The notes beneath the pieces are model-generated. The model had not been told where the DNA came from and ran no database searches. It was given only the letters and a program-made list of their open reading frames with translations. Below, piece by piece: positions 1-12,200 of a stretch of 64,000 bases of DNA. Position 1 is the first letter of the stretch, and each line of letters begins with the position of its first letter. The stretch spans positions 62,001-126,000 of the forward strand of contig JAANOX010000254.1 in NCBI GenBank assembly GCA_020184695.1, read 5' to 3'. Source of the DNA: Histomonas meleagridis 2922-C6/04-290x. Its lineage: Eukaryota > Protista > Parabasalia. A program made the translations under genes and the position numbers.

Positions 1-585
1 GTGGAGCCAAAGGTACAACACGCAAGGGTTGTTATGGTTGGCGATTCTTCTGTTGGGAAAACATCAATTTTGAACCAGCTTGTTGATCATACTTTTAATA
101 GATTTGAGCAAAGTACCATTGGATCAAATTATCAAATTTTTGTTGAAGATGTAGAAGACACAAAAGTTGAAATGCAAATTTGGGATACATCTGGTCAAGA
201 AAAATTTCGTTCTCTTGGACCAATATATTTCAGAAATGCAATAGCAGCAGTCGTGGTATATGATCAAACATCAATTAATTCCTATGAGCACATAGAAAGA
301 TGGATCCGCGACGTAACAGAAGTTGCTGGACCTTCTACAATTATAGCTGTGGCTGCAAATAAAAGTGATCTAACAAATAACGCACAGGTTCCATTCAAAG
401 AAGCTGAGAATTGGGCAAAATCCAGAGGATACATAATAATGCAAACATCAGCCTTGAGTGGTTTTGGGGTTTATCCTCTTTTTTCAAAGTTAGCAGAAAC
501 AATTGTTAAATTGCAACTTAAGCAAATTGAAATCAACGGAACTGATATTGAACGAAAGGACGAAAACAGGCCATGCGCGTGCTGA
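1..585 (+). CDS. Rab-family small GTPase (5' end may lie outside the window)
   Basis: G1 GDSSVGKTS, G3 WDTSGQE, G4 NKSD, G5 TSA; C-terminal CAC (CxC) prenylation motif. The window starts at GTG, not ATG. Confidence 0.93.
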   Translation: MEPKVQHARVVMVGDSSVGKTSILNQLVDHTFNRFEQSTIGSNYQIFVEDVEDTKVEMQIWDTSGQEKFRSLGPIYFRNAIAAVVVYDQTSINSYEHIERWIRDVTEVAGPSTIIAVAANKSDLTNNAQVPFKEAENWAKSRGYIIMQTSALSGFGVYPLFSKLAETIVKLQLKQIEINGTDIERKDENRPCAC

Positions 586-1223
586 CGTTTCCAAATTTAT
601 ATACATATTTGGATTAATAAAATAGTTTTAGTTTATTTAAATAAATACTTCTTATGAACAACAAAATCTTTTGATGCAAAAAACTTATTTTTTTGAGGTT
701 AAATGTGTAAGAATACGATGAAATATTTATAAAAAAATTGCTGTAAAAATGTAAATTATCGATTTTAAATCGGAATTTAAAAGATTTATTTATATTTTTC
801 TATTGTGCATCAACTTAATATTGATTATTATTATTTGATATTTCCATTTAATTTGGTTTAAACCCAGTGGCAATCAATGTGAAGATCTATGTGATTTTTC
901 ATATTACAAACAATACTATTAGTAATGTAATTTTCATGAGAAAATTGTTATAACATATTAAATCTTGTAAATCATAATAATTTATAACATTTTATATTCA
1001 AAATAAATATAAAACTTCTCATATTCGAATTCACCATTTCCTCTATAATGCGAAACAATTGTAAATATCGTTAACGTGAATTTTATCAATAATTTATCAT
1101 TCCGTGAGAACACTAAAATGCATTAATCATTAAAAGTAAAGAAGTCAACAATGCATTGAGCAACAATTCATTTCCATCCATAAAACATATAAAAACCATT
1201 TTAATGTTAATCATTCATATGAT

Positions 1224-2360
1224 TTATTCTTGCATCAAAGGTTCAACCAACTTTTGTTCGTCATCATTTTGGTCATACTTAAAGAAAGGCAACTTAAACA
1301 CATCGTTATAGATGAATGTCGCGAGCACGAGCAAGAAGAATCCGCCGAGTTCAAGGAACGACCAATTGACCCAAAGTTCGCCGAAACCAGCGCCAGCGTA
1401 CGCACAAATCAATGTGACAATCCAAATGAACAATGTACGCGCGGCTTCAAGGATTGTTCGGTTGACTGCGGACGAATGTGAGGTGACGAGCATTCCGAAC
1501 ATGTTGTAGAAGAGAACGGCAAGAATGAAGAATATGCAGACAACAAGAACTTTCCCAGATGAGAAGAGCTGAATGAATGAGTCAATGAAGTTTTCAAGTG
1601 ACTTTCCAAGTGGTGATGGATCATTTCCGGGAACAATTAAAGCAAATGGAAATCCAACAACAATCATAAGAACTAATCCCCAAATGCCTTCCCAGCCAAC
1701 GATTTCAAGAGCTGGCATGTTGACATCTTGGAGAACATATTCTTCAGTAACGATTTGGGCGGCTTGAACAAGTTGGGATAGAACAACAAGAACTGCACCT
1801 AGAAGTTTCTGTGTGGCAGAGTATTCTGTAGTTTCAGTCGATTCGCTACTGGATGATGTTACAGCTGGAACAAACATTCCGGCAACGCCAATCATTACAA
1901 GAGCAACAATGGTGATGCAAATGCTAAACCACCTGTAGCCTGGGATCTTACGCTTGAGGAAAAGAATGGAAATGATGGCAGAAAAGATAACCATGGAACC
2001 ACGAAGCATTTGGAAGATAGACACATTGATGTAAATTAAACCAAATGTCATAAGAGTGGAGGCAAAAAGATCAAAGGCTGCTGGAATTGCAATGATGATC
2101 CTTTGTGACCATGATGTTGATGGTTTTTTACCTTTCTTTTCTGGATCCCAAACTTTGGAAATGAAATAAGAAAATGCCATACCAAAGAACATAAGGAATG
2201 ATTGCATGAATGGCTTATCAAAATTATGTTTAATGCCTTTGAAACCTGGTGATTCAAGTGTAAGCATGACTTTCATTAGGACGGATGTACATGTTCCGAA
2301 AATAAGCATGAAAACAACAGCGATCAAGTAGCCATAGTTTTTTTTGGGTTGCTCTTCCAT
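1224..2360 (-). CDS. SLC35/EamA-type (SLC35F6-like) multi-pass transporter
   Basis: 378 aa with about 10 hydrophobic segments; motifs PAAFDL, SIFQMLRGSMVIFSAI, VGWEG typical of the DMT/SLC35F family. Confidence 0.85.
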   Translation of the reverse strand: MEEQPKKNYGYLIAVVFMLIFGTCTSVLMKVMLTLESPGFKGIKHNFDKPFMQSFLMFFGMAFSYFISKVWDPEKKGKKPSTSWSQRIIIAIPAAFDLFASTLMTFGLIYINVSIFQMLRGSMVIFSAIISILFLKRKIPGYRWFSICITIVALVMIGVAGMFVPAVTSSSSESTETTEYSATQKLLGAVLVVLSQLVQAAQIVTEEYVLQDVNMPALEIVGWEGIWGLVLMIVVGFPFALIVPGNDPSPLGKSLENFIDSFIQLFSSGKVLVVCIFFILAVLFYNMFGMLVTSHSSAVNRTILEAARTLFIWIVTLICAYAGAGFGELWVNWSFLELGGFFLLVLATFIYNDVFKLPFFKYDQNDDEQKLVEPLMQE

Positions 2361-2717
2361 CTTTTTTGCTAACGGTTGTTATGAATTTTGGGCTGGCTCA
2401 ACTGAAACGATGGACGATGAATGTTTTGAGAAGTTCGGTTATGAACGATGAAAAGGGGTTCAAATCGTTTTGTTGACTTGGAAAAATATCATCAAATAAT
2501 CGTATATCTACATTAAATCATTATATATTCGAAGTTTAAAATGTGTAATTAAGATGGTGTTCCAAAAAATTAAATTTTCAATTTGATGTAGTTTACTAAT
2601 TTTGTATCGAATCCAATAAAATTTAAACTCTCATATAATTTTGTAGAACAATTCTTTCAAGAAAAAAATATATGTTTACCTCATTACTAATGAATTTCTA
2701 AGAATGAACAAAAGACA

Positions 2718-3410
2718 TTAGTGTTTTATGGATAGCTGGTTCCACAATCCAGAAAGTTGGGTATTGACATCGTCATAATCTTGATTCGCGTTGGAACGCA
2801 TTGCATTTAATAAATCCAGAATCATTGTTTGTCTTCTCTTCATCTCTGTAATTTGTGTAAGAGCTTCATCTACACGGTCGTCATCTTGTTGGGTTTGTGC
2901 AAGCTTTGCTTCAATTGCTAATTTTTTTAATGCCTTTATGTTCTTTTTATTTCTTTCTTCATACTGTTTTTCAAGATTTGCAATTCTATTTTCGAAGTCT
3001 GCTTTTTTAGTATTAATTTCATCTAAAATTGTTTTATTGTTATCATAATTACTTAATTCTTTTTTAATTTCTGTTTCAATCAACTTAGGAAGTTCTGAGA
3101 TTTTTTCTTCAATTTTGATCATTCTTTCTTCAAGTGATTGAGCATATTTTAAAAGCTTTTGGATTTGATCTCTTCTCTCTTTTTCTCTTTTTGAATTTGT
3201 CTGAGCAGCTAATCTATATATCGAATCACATGAATTAAGTCGTTCTTCGATTGTTGCCATCCTTTGATTGAGCGATTCTATAAACGAATTTTGTGTAATT
3301 CCGATCGTAGATGCCCCTAAATTGGTTCGTGCTGATTGTCTCTGACTTTGTTCTAGAAATGAAGAAACCTGTTGATCGAATAATGTATCTTTATCTAAAA
3401 ACGAATTCAT
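2718..3410 (-). CDS. Hypothetical coiled-coil protein
   Basis: 230-aa ORF rich in E/K/Q/L heptads; no recognisable domain. Confidence 0.7.
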   Translation of the reverse strand: MNSFLDKDTLFDQQVSSFLEQSQRQSARTNLGASTIGITQNSFIESLNQRMATIEERLNSCDSIYRLAAQTNSKREKERRDQIQKLLKYAQSLEERMIKIEEKISELPKLIETEIKKELSNYDNNKTILDEINTKKADFENRIANLEKQYEERNKKNIKALKKLAIEAKLAQTQQDDDRVDEALTQITEMKRRQTMILDLLNAMRSNANQDYDDVNTQLSGLWNQLSIKH

Positions 3411-3636
3411 TGCTTACCATGCGTTTAGAATTAATTATTGCAGCCGTTTATTTTAATTATTATGTAAAATTGGTTCTATCAGCTGAAAAAATCCACACAG
3501 AAGTTGTTGTAAAAATGCATTTAACAACTCAACACATCGAAAACAATAAAATGTAAAAATATTTCTTGTATAATTTTTTTTTTAATGATTCTAAAAATCT
3601 GTGAATTTTCTTTTTAAGATAATAGCATTTTCTCTA

Positions 3637-4945
3637 CTATAAAGATTCCTTGCGAATTAATTTAACTATTTCTGTATTGCCATTTTCTAATGCATACATA
3701 AGAGCTGTTTTAAACATGTAGTTTAATTATCAAAAATTGTTTAAAAATTTCAAAATAATTATATGAATATCAAATAATATAATTTAACATCTTTAACTTT
3801 AATATCAATATCTTTTTGGTCAAGAAGTAATTTGACGATTTCTACGTGTCCATTCATAGATGCTTTTATAAGTGATGTTTCAAATGATAATAAAAAATTC
3901 CAAATATTAAATTGAAATAAAAAATTATATGAATATATTCCATTTAAATCAAATAAATATCTTTAGCATTAAGATCAATATCTTTTTGTTTAAGAAGTTG
4001 TTGAACTATTTCTACATAACCTTTTTCTGATGCATGCATAAGAGCCGTTTTAAATTTTGAGAATAAATTCCAATAATAGTTTAAAAACAAAAAATTATTT
4101 AAATAAATATCAAATAAAGCAATCATATACCTTCGATATTGATATCAATTCCTTTATGATCAAGAAGTAATTTAACTATTTCTATATATCCATTTAAAGA
4201 TGAAATAAGAAGTGCTGTCAAAAATAATTTGAATAAATTTCAAATACTTTTAAAATATATCATATTAACTTAATAAATATTAAATAAAACAAGCAAAAAT
4301 TTTGAGCATTAACATCAATTTTTTCTTTTTCAAGGAGTATCCTAACAACTTCAATATGATTTTTTTGAGTTGCAATAATAAGTGCTGTATTAAATAATGT
4401 GAATAATTTCTAAATTTTATCGTAAAATTGAAAATTATTATTTGAAACATTAATTAGAACAAATAAATATCTGCAGCATTAATATCGATTTTCTCTTGTT
4501 TAAGAAGCAATTGAACTATATTTACATTACCTTTTTCTGATGCAATTATAAGTGCTGTTTTAAATGATTTGATATATTTCCAAATAATAGATCTAAATAA
4601 TGAAATATTAAAATAAATTTCAAGCAAAAAATACATATATTTTTTGCATTAATATTAATTCCATCCTTTTCAAGAAGTAATTTAACTATTTCTAAGTAAC
4701 CTTTCATCAGATGCGTAAAGAAGTGGTGTATAAAATAAATCAAATGATTTCTAAATGTTGTTTCGAAAGATTTTTAGGATATTAAACAAATAAACATTTC
4801 TAACATTTACATTAATACCTTTTTGTTCAATAAGTAATTTAATCATTTCAACTTGTTTTTTTATAAATGCGTAAAGAAGTGGTGTATAAAATAAAATAAA
4901 TAATTTCCAAATATTACTTAAATATTTTAAATTTATCTATTAAAT
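3637..4945 (-). repeat. Ankyrin tandem array A (8 units, mostly 170-nt period) with (17+3)-nt linker modules
   Basis: Thr codons of TAL/TSL are spaced exactly 170 nt apart from 4558 to 3708. Linker triplets decode to KGY, EIGK, NSRN, NDEL, DFGK, GFGE, DEDK. Confidence 0.92.
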
Positions 4946-5923
4946 ATCACCATTATTTATATCAATTCCTTTTTGTTCCGAAATATATTTAAAAAGTTCA
5001 ATATTTTCTGATTTTAATGCACTAAATAAAATATACTTTGGAATTGGATAAGTTTTAAGAAAATGTTTAGTAAGAAGTATATTTCCATTTTTTGCTGATA
5101 AATAAATTATATCATCACTTATTTTCATTCCATTTTCAAGTAAAAATGCAAAAATTTCATAGTTGTGATATTCGATACATTTCTTTCCTAAATGTTCCAA
5201 ATCGTTTATTTGAATAATTTTATTTTCATAAAGATAATTAAATATATCATTTAAATGGAATTTAATTGCTGTTTCATATGCTTTTTGAAACGATGAATTG
5301 TATTGTTCACATAAATGAATTATTTCTATATTCTCGCTTGCAATTGCATATTTTGCAGCATTTGTTATATTAGAGCCATTTAATAATAGATATTTAAAAC
5401 ATTTAATTGATCCAAAAAATGCTGCATAATCAATTAATGTAGTATGCCAATTATTAATAAAATCAAATTTTTCATAAAGTGATGGCTCAATTATTTGGTT
5501 AAAATCAAAATTATTTTGTGATGATATTTCTTGAAGCTTTTCTATTTCATCATTTTGTATTATTTGTTTTAAATTCAATTCAATCATCTTTTCGAGAAGA
5601 TAATTCCGTTCTTGTTCATGTTTATTTTGTAGAAGTTGTTTGATGAATATATCAATAATGTTATATTTACTTTGATTATTTTTTTCAAATTCTTTAATTT
5701 CCTGAATTAAATCAATGTATATATCAAAATCTTTCATTTTTATAGCAAATGATTTAATAATCATTTGGCTCACTATTATATCAAAAGATAATGGATAAAT
5801 AACATAGTATTTGATAAGCATCGAATTTGCAGAATTCGTGATATTCTGTTTACTCAAACTAAAAACTGTATGCTCAATCGACAGAAGCATTTCCCATTCG
5901 TTTTGATTTGCATTTACTTCCAT
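3637..5923 (-). CDS. DUF3447-type ankyrin repeat protein; C-terminal array interrupted by 17-nt spacers
   Basis: Continuous ORF 5923-4946 with family motif LIDYAAFFGSIKCFKYLLLN, then 8 ankyrin bodies starting at 4885, 4729, 4558, 4388, 4218, 4048, 3878 and 3708. Linkers are 60, 66 and 6x80 nt; final TAG at 3637-3639. The body at 4729 has one extra base. Confidence 0.8.
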
Positions 5924-6113
5924 AAAAAGTGAATCGATCTACACCGCAGTTTCCGGTTTCGTCAAAAATCAAAAGTAAAACGATCGGTTCCGAGTGAATC
6001 GTTTCAATTGAGGCGCATTTTATCGTATTTTGCTTTTTCAGAGATTTTATTGATGTCAAACCACAAATTATGCCAATTATTTCCACTCAAAAACAATGTT
6101 TCAGACTTAGCTT

Positions 6114-7604
6114 TTAGTACTCAAAGATTTGAACCTGATAACCGTCGAGAAGGACGAAGAGACCGTTAGACCTCATTTCATTTGGATCACGATCATAAAC
6201 AACATCGTTGATCATTTCCTTTACAGGGATTGTAGAACCGGACAAAGGAGCGTCAGAGCAAATTATATAACCTCCGCTTTGATTTGGACTAAAGTTGACT
6301 GTTACTAAAACGTGAGAATCACCTTTAACCCATTTCCATGTTAATATTGTATCCGATCCGGTGATTGTTTGCATTGTGAAGTCACCAGTCTTCAATGCTT
6401 CCATATTAAGGATTGAATATAACTTGTTATAGAAGTATTGGACTTTGCTGTTGGGTGACTCGGAAACCGCTCGTCGTAAATGCACATCAAGCTTCTTTGT
6501 CAGGCCATCATTTTGGTTTTGGAAGAAAAATCGAAGTCCTGGAAGAGTCAAAAGGGCGGCCGCAGCGGCATCTGCTCTCTCTACGTTGCCACCCATGTTG
6601 GCTATTGACCTTGGTTCATCATGATTTTCGGTGAAATGTGCAAGTCTCTTCTTATATGATAAATCTGTGTTGTAGACTGTTTGCTTGAATTGCCAGACAT
6701 TACCATCTCTAAGGTTATCAAGAAGATCTTTATCATAGGTGTAATCAAAACCGCAATTATGTAATGTATGAAGAACATCACCATATGATTCGGCCATGAA
6801 TATAAAGTTTGGATACTCAGCTTTAACTGCAGAGATCGCATCAGCCCAAAATTCGGTGCTTTGTTTGGTGTAGCCATATGCTTCTAATTGTCTTTGCCAA
6901 TAACTCCAGAATTTGTCATTAAGGATAAGATGGGCCATATCGCAACGACAGCCATCAGAAAGACTGGCAATCTTCTTAAGGACTTGAATACGACTGTTAC
7001 GGAATTCTGTATCCATGTAGTTGAATTGTGCAACATCAGTCCATGGAGAGCACCATTCACCACAGCCATAAGCAATACCGTTGGAAATGTAGATGTTTGG
7101 ATCTGGTGTTTCACCTTGTGGGCATCTGATGTAAAATGATGGTGTTGTTGTAACTTCTGGTGCATCGATAGCAGAATGGTTTGGAACATAATCAAGCATA
7201 AGCTTCATGCCACGCTTGTTAAGTTGTTGACGAAGCCAAGTAAGATCTTCATCTGTACCAATTTCGGAATTGCATGTGTAAGAAACAATGCAGTATGGTG
7301 AGCCAATGACATCTTCTTCTGTCCAGCCTGGAAGAACTGAGTTATAGGATTGTCTGAGACCTTCATCTGTACGATCATGTTGAACACCATAATCACCAAG
7401 TTGCCATACACCCATGAACCAAACCCATTCATAACCTTTGCTTTGCATGTCATCAAATTCTTGTGTTGGGATGTCACGGAGTTTTGTGATAGATTTGCCA
7501 TACTTTTGTGTAAGGAGATAGAGGTATGGGCGAGTGGAAACCTCAAGGAGACGTGGGTTGTCAGTTGATGCTAAAGCGCTTGTAAATAGGAACGCAGTCA
7601 GCAT
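6114..7604 (-). CDS. Secreted GH13 alpha-amylase-family protein
   Basis: GH13 regions LMLDYVPNH, DGCRCDMAH, FMAES, FTENHDE. Likely start ATG at 7604 (MLTAFLFTSALA, signal-peptide-like), just after an Inr-like TCACAT; the track ORF extends to 7724. Confidence 0.9.
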   Translation of the reverse strand: MLTAFLFTSALASTDNPRLLEVSTRPYLYLLTQKYGKSITKLRDIPTQEFDDMQSKGYEWVWFMGVWQLGDYGVQHDRTDEGLRQSYNSVLPGWTEEDVIGSPYCIVSYTCNSEIGTDEDLTWLRQQLNKRGMKLMLDYVPNHSAIDAPEVTTTPSFYIRCPQGETPDPNIYISNGIAYGCGEWCSPWTDVAQFNYMDTEFRNSRIQVLKKIASLSDGCRCDMAHLILNDKFWSYWQRQLEAYGYTKQSTEFWADAISAVKAEYPNFIFMAESYGDVLHTLHNCGFDYTYDKDLLDNLRDGNVWQFKQTVYNTDLSYKKRLAHFTENHDEPRSIANMGGNVERADAAAAALLTLPGLRFFFQNQNDGLTKKLDVHLRRAVSESPNSKVQYFYNKLYSILNMEALKTGDFTMQTITGSDTILTWKWVKGDSHVLVTVNFSPNQSGGYIICSDAPLSGSTIPVKEMINDVVYDRDPNEMRSNGLFVLLDGYQVQIFEY

Positions 7605-7970
7605 TTGAAATGTGACCAGAGCACTCAATCGATAACCGAAGATTGAAATTTCAATGTTTATGAATCCAGCAAACAAAAAGTTGAACCGATGAAAAAAGTG
7701 CGTGATGATAACCCACATTACCATTATGTGAAGAAAAACTTATATAACCTACAGTTTGTTTTTCATTTTGTCTATCGAAGTGTATTACAAATATATTATT
7801 TGTACAATGTAAAATGTTTGTTAACATTTAAATGTAATTATTTATTTCGAAATGATATTTTAGTATTCAAAAACTAATGAATTATTTCCAATTGATTAAA
7901 TTTATGTGTTTCTCAATGCGATTTACGAAAAGTTTTGGCAAAATGAATTGCTTTTATCAAACAATTTTAT

Positions 7971-9002
7971 TTACAAATAAAACACAGCTTGCTTTCTTGG
8001 AGGGTGAATTGCATCCGAAAGTTTCTTTAATCTTTGGTCAAAATCCAGTGATTGGATCATCGCTTCAACTTCATCAGTTGATACATCATCAACACACATA
8101 AAGTCATCTATCTTGCTCATATACTTTTTCAGCCTTTTCTTCTCATCCTTTAGCATGTCGCGCGAGTCGAGAACTGCAATAAGTCGAATTAAGCGTTTCG
8201 CGAGCTCTTGCGTTTTTTGAATAGATTCGCGTATTCTTGAAGAGCATTTATCGCATCTTTGCTCACATTTGTTGATTTCTTCGATTAGATTTTGTTCGCG
8301 ACGCATTATTTGCTCTTTTCGGGATTTATGGATATCACATAGATGACGAACATAATGTGCATATGTGGGAAAAACAGGTGTAACAAATGGAGCAGGTTGG
8401 ATAAGTTCTTGTGGAGGAGGTGGTTCTTGTTCACCATCCATGATATTTGGGAGTTGAATAGGATCAATTAAGATTTGTTCTTCATTGGATATAATGGGAG
8501 TTGGAAGACTAAATGATAATGTTGATTCATCTTCGTAATTAACATTAATAAGTTTTTGAAGATCAATGTAACTAAAACTAACTGGTCTTATCTGTGAATT
8601 AAGGAAAAAATTTTGTATAAGAAAAAAAGGCTTAACATTGAAGATATAAAGTGCATTAGAAGCAGAGAGAGAAAGCAGAAAAGATTCTTCAATAGTAAAA
8701 ATAGCATCAACAAATTCTTCATCAATTCTTATCTCCTCGACTTCAATTAAATCACCTCCAACTTCTCCGAAAAATAACTTTTGATTAACAATAAAAAACA
8801 AGAACATTCCTGATGAAGAAGTTCCTGCTTTTAAAACGACATCATTAATTGGAGTTGGAAATGGTCTGTAAACATCGTTGGTATAAATTCCATCGTTTAC
8901 CACTCTATGCACTACACCTGTTAAAGATTGTAGTTCGAATGGTTCCATCTGAATCATTTTGACTATGTTTGTTCGAATTAATGACTTCTTTTTCAATATC
9001 AC
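7971..9002 (-). CDS. Hypothetical protein (N-terminal beta-rich, C-terminal coiled coil)
   Basis: 343-aa ORF with a Pro-rich hinge; no family recognised. Confidence 0.7.
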   Translation of the reverse strand: MILKKKSLIRTNIVKMIQMEPFELQSLTGVVHRVVNDGIYTNDVYRPFPTPINDVVLKAGTSSSGMFLFFIVNQKLFFGEVGGDLIEVEEIRIDEEFVDAIFTIEESFLLSLSASNALYIFNVKPFFLIQNFFLNSQIRPVSFSYIDLQKLINVNYEDESTLSFSLPTPIISNEEQILIDPIQLPNIMDGEQEPPPPQELIQPAPFVTPVFPTYAHYVRHLCDIHKSRKEQIMRREQNLIEEINKCEQRCDKCSSRIRESIQKTQELAKRLIRLIAVLDSRDMLKDEKKRLKKYMSKIDDFMCVDDVSTDEVEAMIQSLDFDQRLKKLSDAIHPPRKQAVFYL

Positions 9003-9271
9003 AAATCAACAATTCCCGATTATATGAAAAAATTAGAATTGCAAAGTAGCATAATTAAAAATTTGTATATAAAACAATTTTGATTAATATATAAACATTT
9101 TACATGCTTAGATACTGAAAATGATTATTTAATGACTATTAATAATTCATGAAACTACATTCTCCGTTTTATGCAATGATAAACTTTTTTGTGAATTCTG
9201 CTGTATCGTTCTTTTTGTATAACCTTTTTGGTTTTTGAACCCTTTATTTTTTATAATATTTCTTATATCAA

Positions 9272-12200
9272 ATGCTCATATTGCTTTTATCCATTTGTTC
9301 TTCAAAGTGTAATTTTAATAAGCTTGCTTGTCTTGAGGCGAAAGCTAAAAATTCTGGTAAATTCTTTGAAGTTAACTCTAGTCATCCAATAATGCATGCA
9401 GGAAACTATTTAATAAATGGGATTTCATTCACGCTTCGACATGAATTACGTGGGAAAGGAATCAAAGGTTTAAACGGATATGCATATAGCAAATCAAGTA
9501 AACTATTAGCGATTGTTCAAGATGAAAATCTCATTGACGAAAACGTTGTATTTGTAGATCCGAAAAAAAAGAAATTTTATAAAGTAGATAACTTTTATAC
9601 GGAGAATAATGATGTTTCATATTATAACACATCTGAAATTAATTTACTGAGTGTATTTTCGAATATACAATTTGGTATTAGTGATCAAAATAATGTAAAT
9701 TCGGCATGCTTCGAAATAACAAATGATCATTCAGGATTTTGTGATACAACAGCAGAATCCGGATATGATAAAACTAGTGATAAATATAATACTGAAACTG
9801 GTAGTTTGGGAGTAAATGTTATATCTAAAAATGGATATAAAATTGATCTAAAATCATCAATAGGTGTTTCTTTTTCTGGAACGAACTATATTAATGTGAA
9901 TTATGATTATGAAGCTAATATTAGAGCTGGTTTGAGTTTTGCTGGTTCTTATGCAAATTTTAAGGATAAAAAAGAAGTTTTTAAAGAAAAAATCAATGTT
10001 TATTCATCAGCAATATTTGTATATTCTGTGATGTTATCTTTTAATATTAAAACTGAAATAGCAATTGGTTCAAAGGAAATAACTATGAACTTCCCAAAGT
10101 TAGTTCAATTTTATGGAGAATTAAAAGTTAGAACAAAAGCAAATGGTGTATATACAACATATAATGGATGGAAATATTCACCATTGATGCATGATTTTGA
10201 TCCAGATTTAAATTTAGATATGAAATCTGAGTTTTTTGATTATAAAAAAATAGGAAAGTTTAGATATAAACCTTCTTTAACTTTTTCTATAATTGTTAAT
10301 TTAGGAGTCGATGGTAAAAAATCGAGTTTTAAATTTGGTTCACTTTATGATTTAGATTTTAATTATGGAATAAATGAAAAGTGTACATTTCCTAACTTAT
10401 TTGGATCAATTGATTGTAGTGTTTGGAATTATATTAACTCAAAAGGTTTTGAATTTATGGGTTTACCTATAATTCCTACTGTAACTAAATATACAGAACC
10501 TTTTTCTGTGAGATTTACATCACAAGAGAACAAATGTATGTTTATTGGTAAAGCTTCAAGTGAAAGTATTAGCTCTTTTATTTCTTATAACCCTCATGCT
10601 TTTGTTGTGGTACCTTTAACTGAAACATTTCAAAAAGGAGCTGATCATTTTAGTAGTTCTGGTTCAATTTATATAAATTCTAATTTAAAACAAATAATTA
10701 AAAAAGATTTTTATATCCAACATCCTCAAGTATCAAATACATTTGATTGGTGTGTTATATTAAATAATTTAGATTCTCCTCCTTTCGTTCATTTTGAAGC
10801 TTATATAACAAAAAAAGATTCTACAGGAACATTTTTTGCTATTTCAGAAGAAACAAATCAAATTAATAATAATATGAAATTAATTTCTCTTTCACAAATT
10901 CATTGTGATCATAGCTTAACTATATTAAAAGGTGTATCTTGTGAATTTTCCAAAGAAATTATTTTAACTAGTGATTCAAATATTTTTATTGTTGCTGTTA
11001 GTTTAAAAGAAGAAGGCAATTTAATGATTTTGAAAAAAACACTTGATTCATCATATTCATATGCAAAAATTGTTGGCTTTTATAGTGAAGCAAAGGGATT
11101 TGAAAATAATAATGATGTTGAACTTAAATATGAAACGCCAATTCAATTCAAAATTATTTATTTGGAAAGCAAAACCGATGACATCCAAAGCATGGATATC
11201 GAATTTTTGGATACATCAACGAGTAAAGCAGTTTCTCTTAAAACTCATAAATTATTTGTTGAAAAAAATGTAAAATATACAGCTGATGTTCTCCCTGAAT
11301 TTTATATTCAATATATACCAAAGCTTTCTATAAAAGTAAAATGTTTTTTTCCACAAGCTACACATGAGAAAATTGAAGATATCCAAATTTCACTCAATAA
11401 TGAAAACGCACCAGGGTTTTTTGAGATTACTGGAAGAGATTATGACATTAAAATTCAATATTTGAAGTATGTTCAACAAATTGCCATTGAGTCTGATCAT
11501 GTGCACAAAAAAGATGATAAAATTATATTATGTCATGCCTTTGATGTTAAACCTTATACAGATAATAATAAAACAAGTTCAACAATTATTCATATGAAAA
11601 AAGGAGAAATATATGGAATATTAAAACTTCCTGAAGGTTGTTTTAGTGATAGTGTTGCTGTTATTGAGATACATGGATGTCAACCTCTCTGTAAACATGC
11701 GTGGATTAATCAAAATCAAGTCTTAATATATTATGATCAAAATTTAGCTACAGATAGTATGCATTTTATACCATTTCGTAGATACAAAGATGAGGCAGAA
11801 GAAATAAAAATCAGGCATTTAGCAAATTTTGTTACAACAACAAATGCTTTATGTGATTTTGATAATATTATGAGCATTCAAAACAAAAGAAATCATCCTT
11901 ATGTTGGATGCTTAATTCCATTTTCATCACGAAATTTTGTTGCAAATGAATTTAGCACAAATAAAAATGCTCAAATTATAAGTAAAAAAATGAGAGTTGA
12001 TTCTTCTGTATTGCTCTTCGCTACACAAGGAGATATAACCATATTCAAATCAACTTTTTTGTTCCCTAATACATCAGATGTACTTTTTATTCCTACTAAA
12101 AGACTCGAATTTTATCAAAAAAACAAAATACCAATTAAAATAATTTGTAATCATTGTGGGCTCATTATGGAAATCGGAAATTCAAAACCAATTGTAATTA

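Noticed and set aside
3397-3420. 23-nt GT...AG segment after an upstream ATG
   Set aside because: Removing it puts the ATG out of frame with the ORF, and there is no branch motif.
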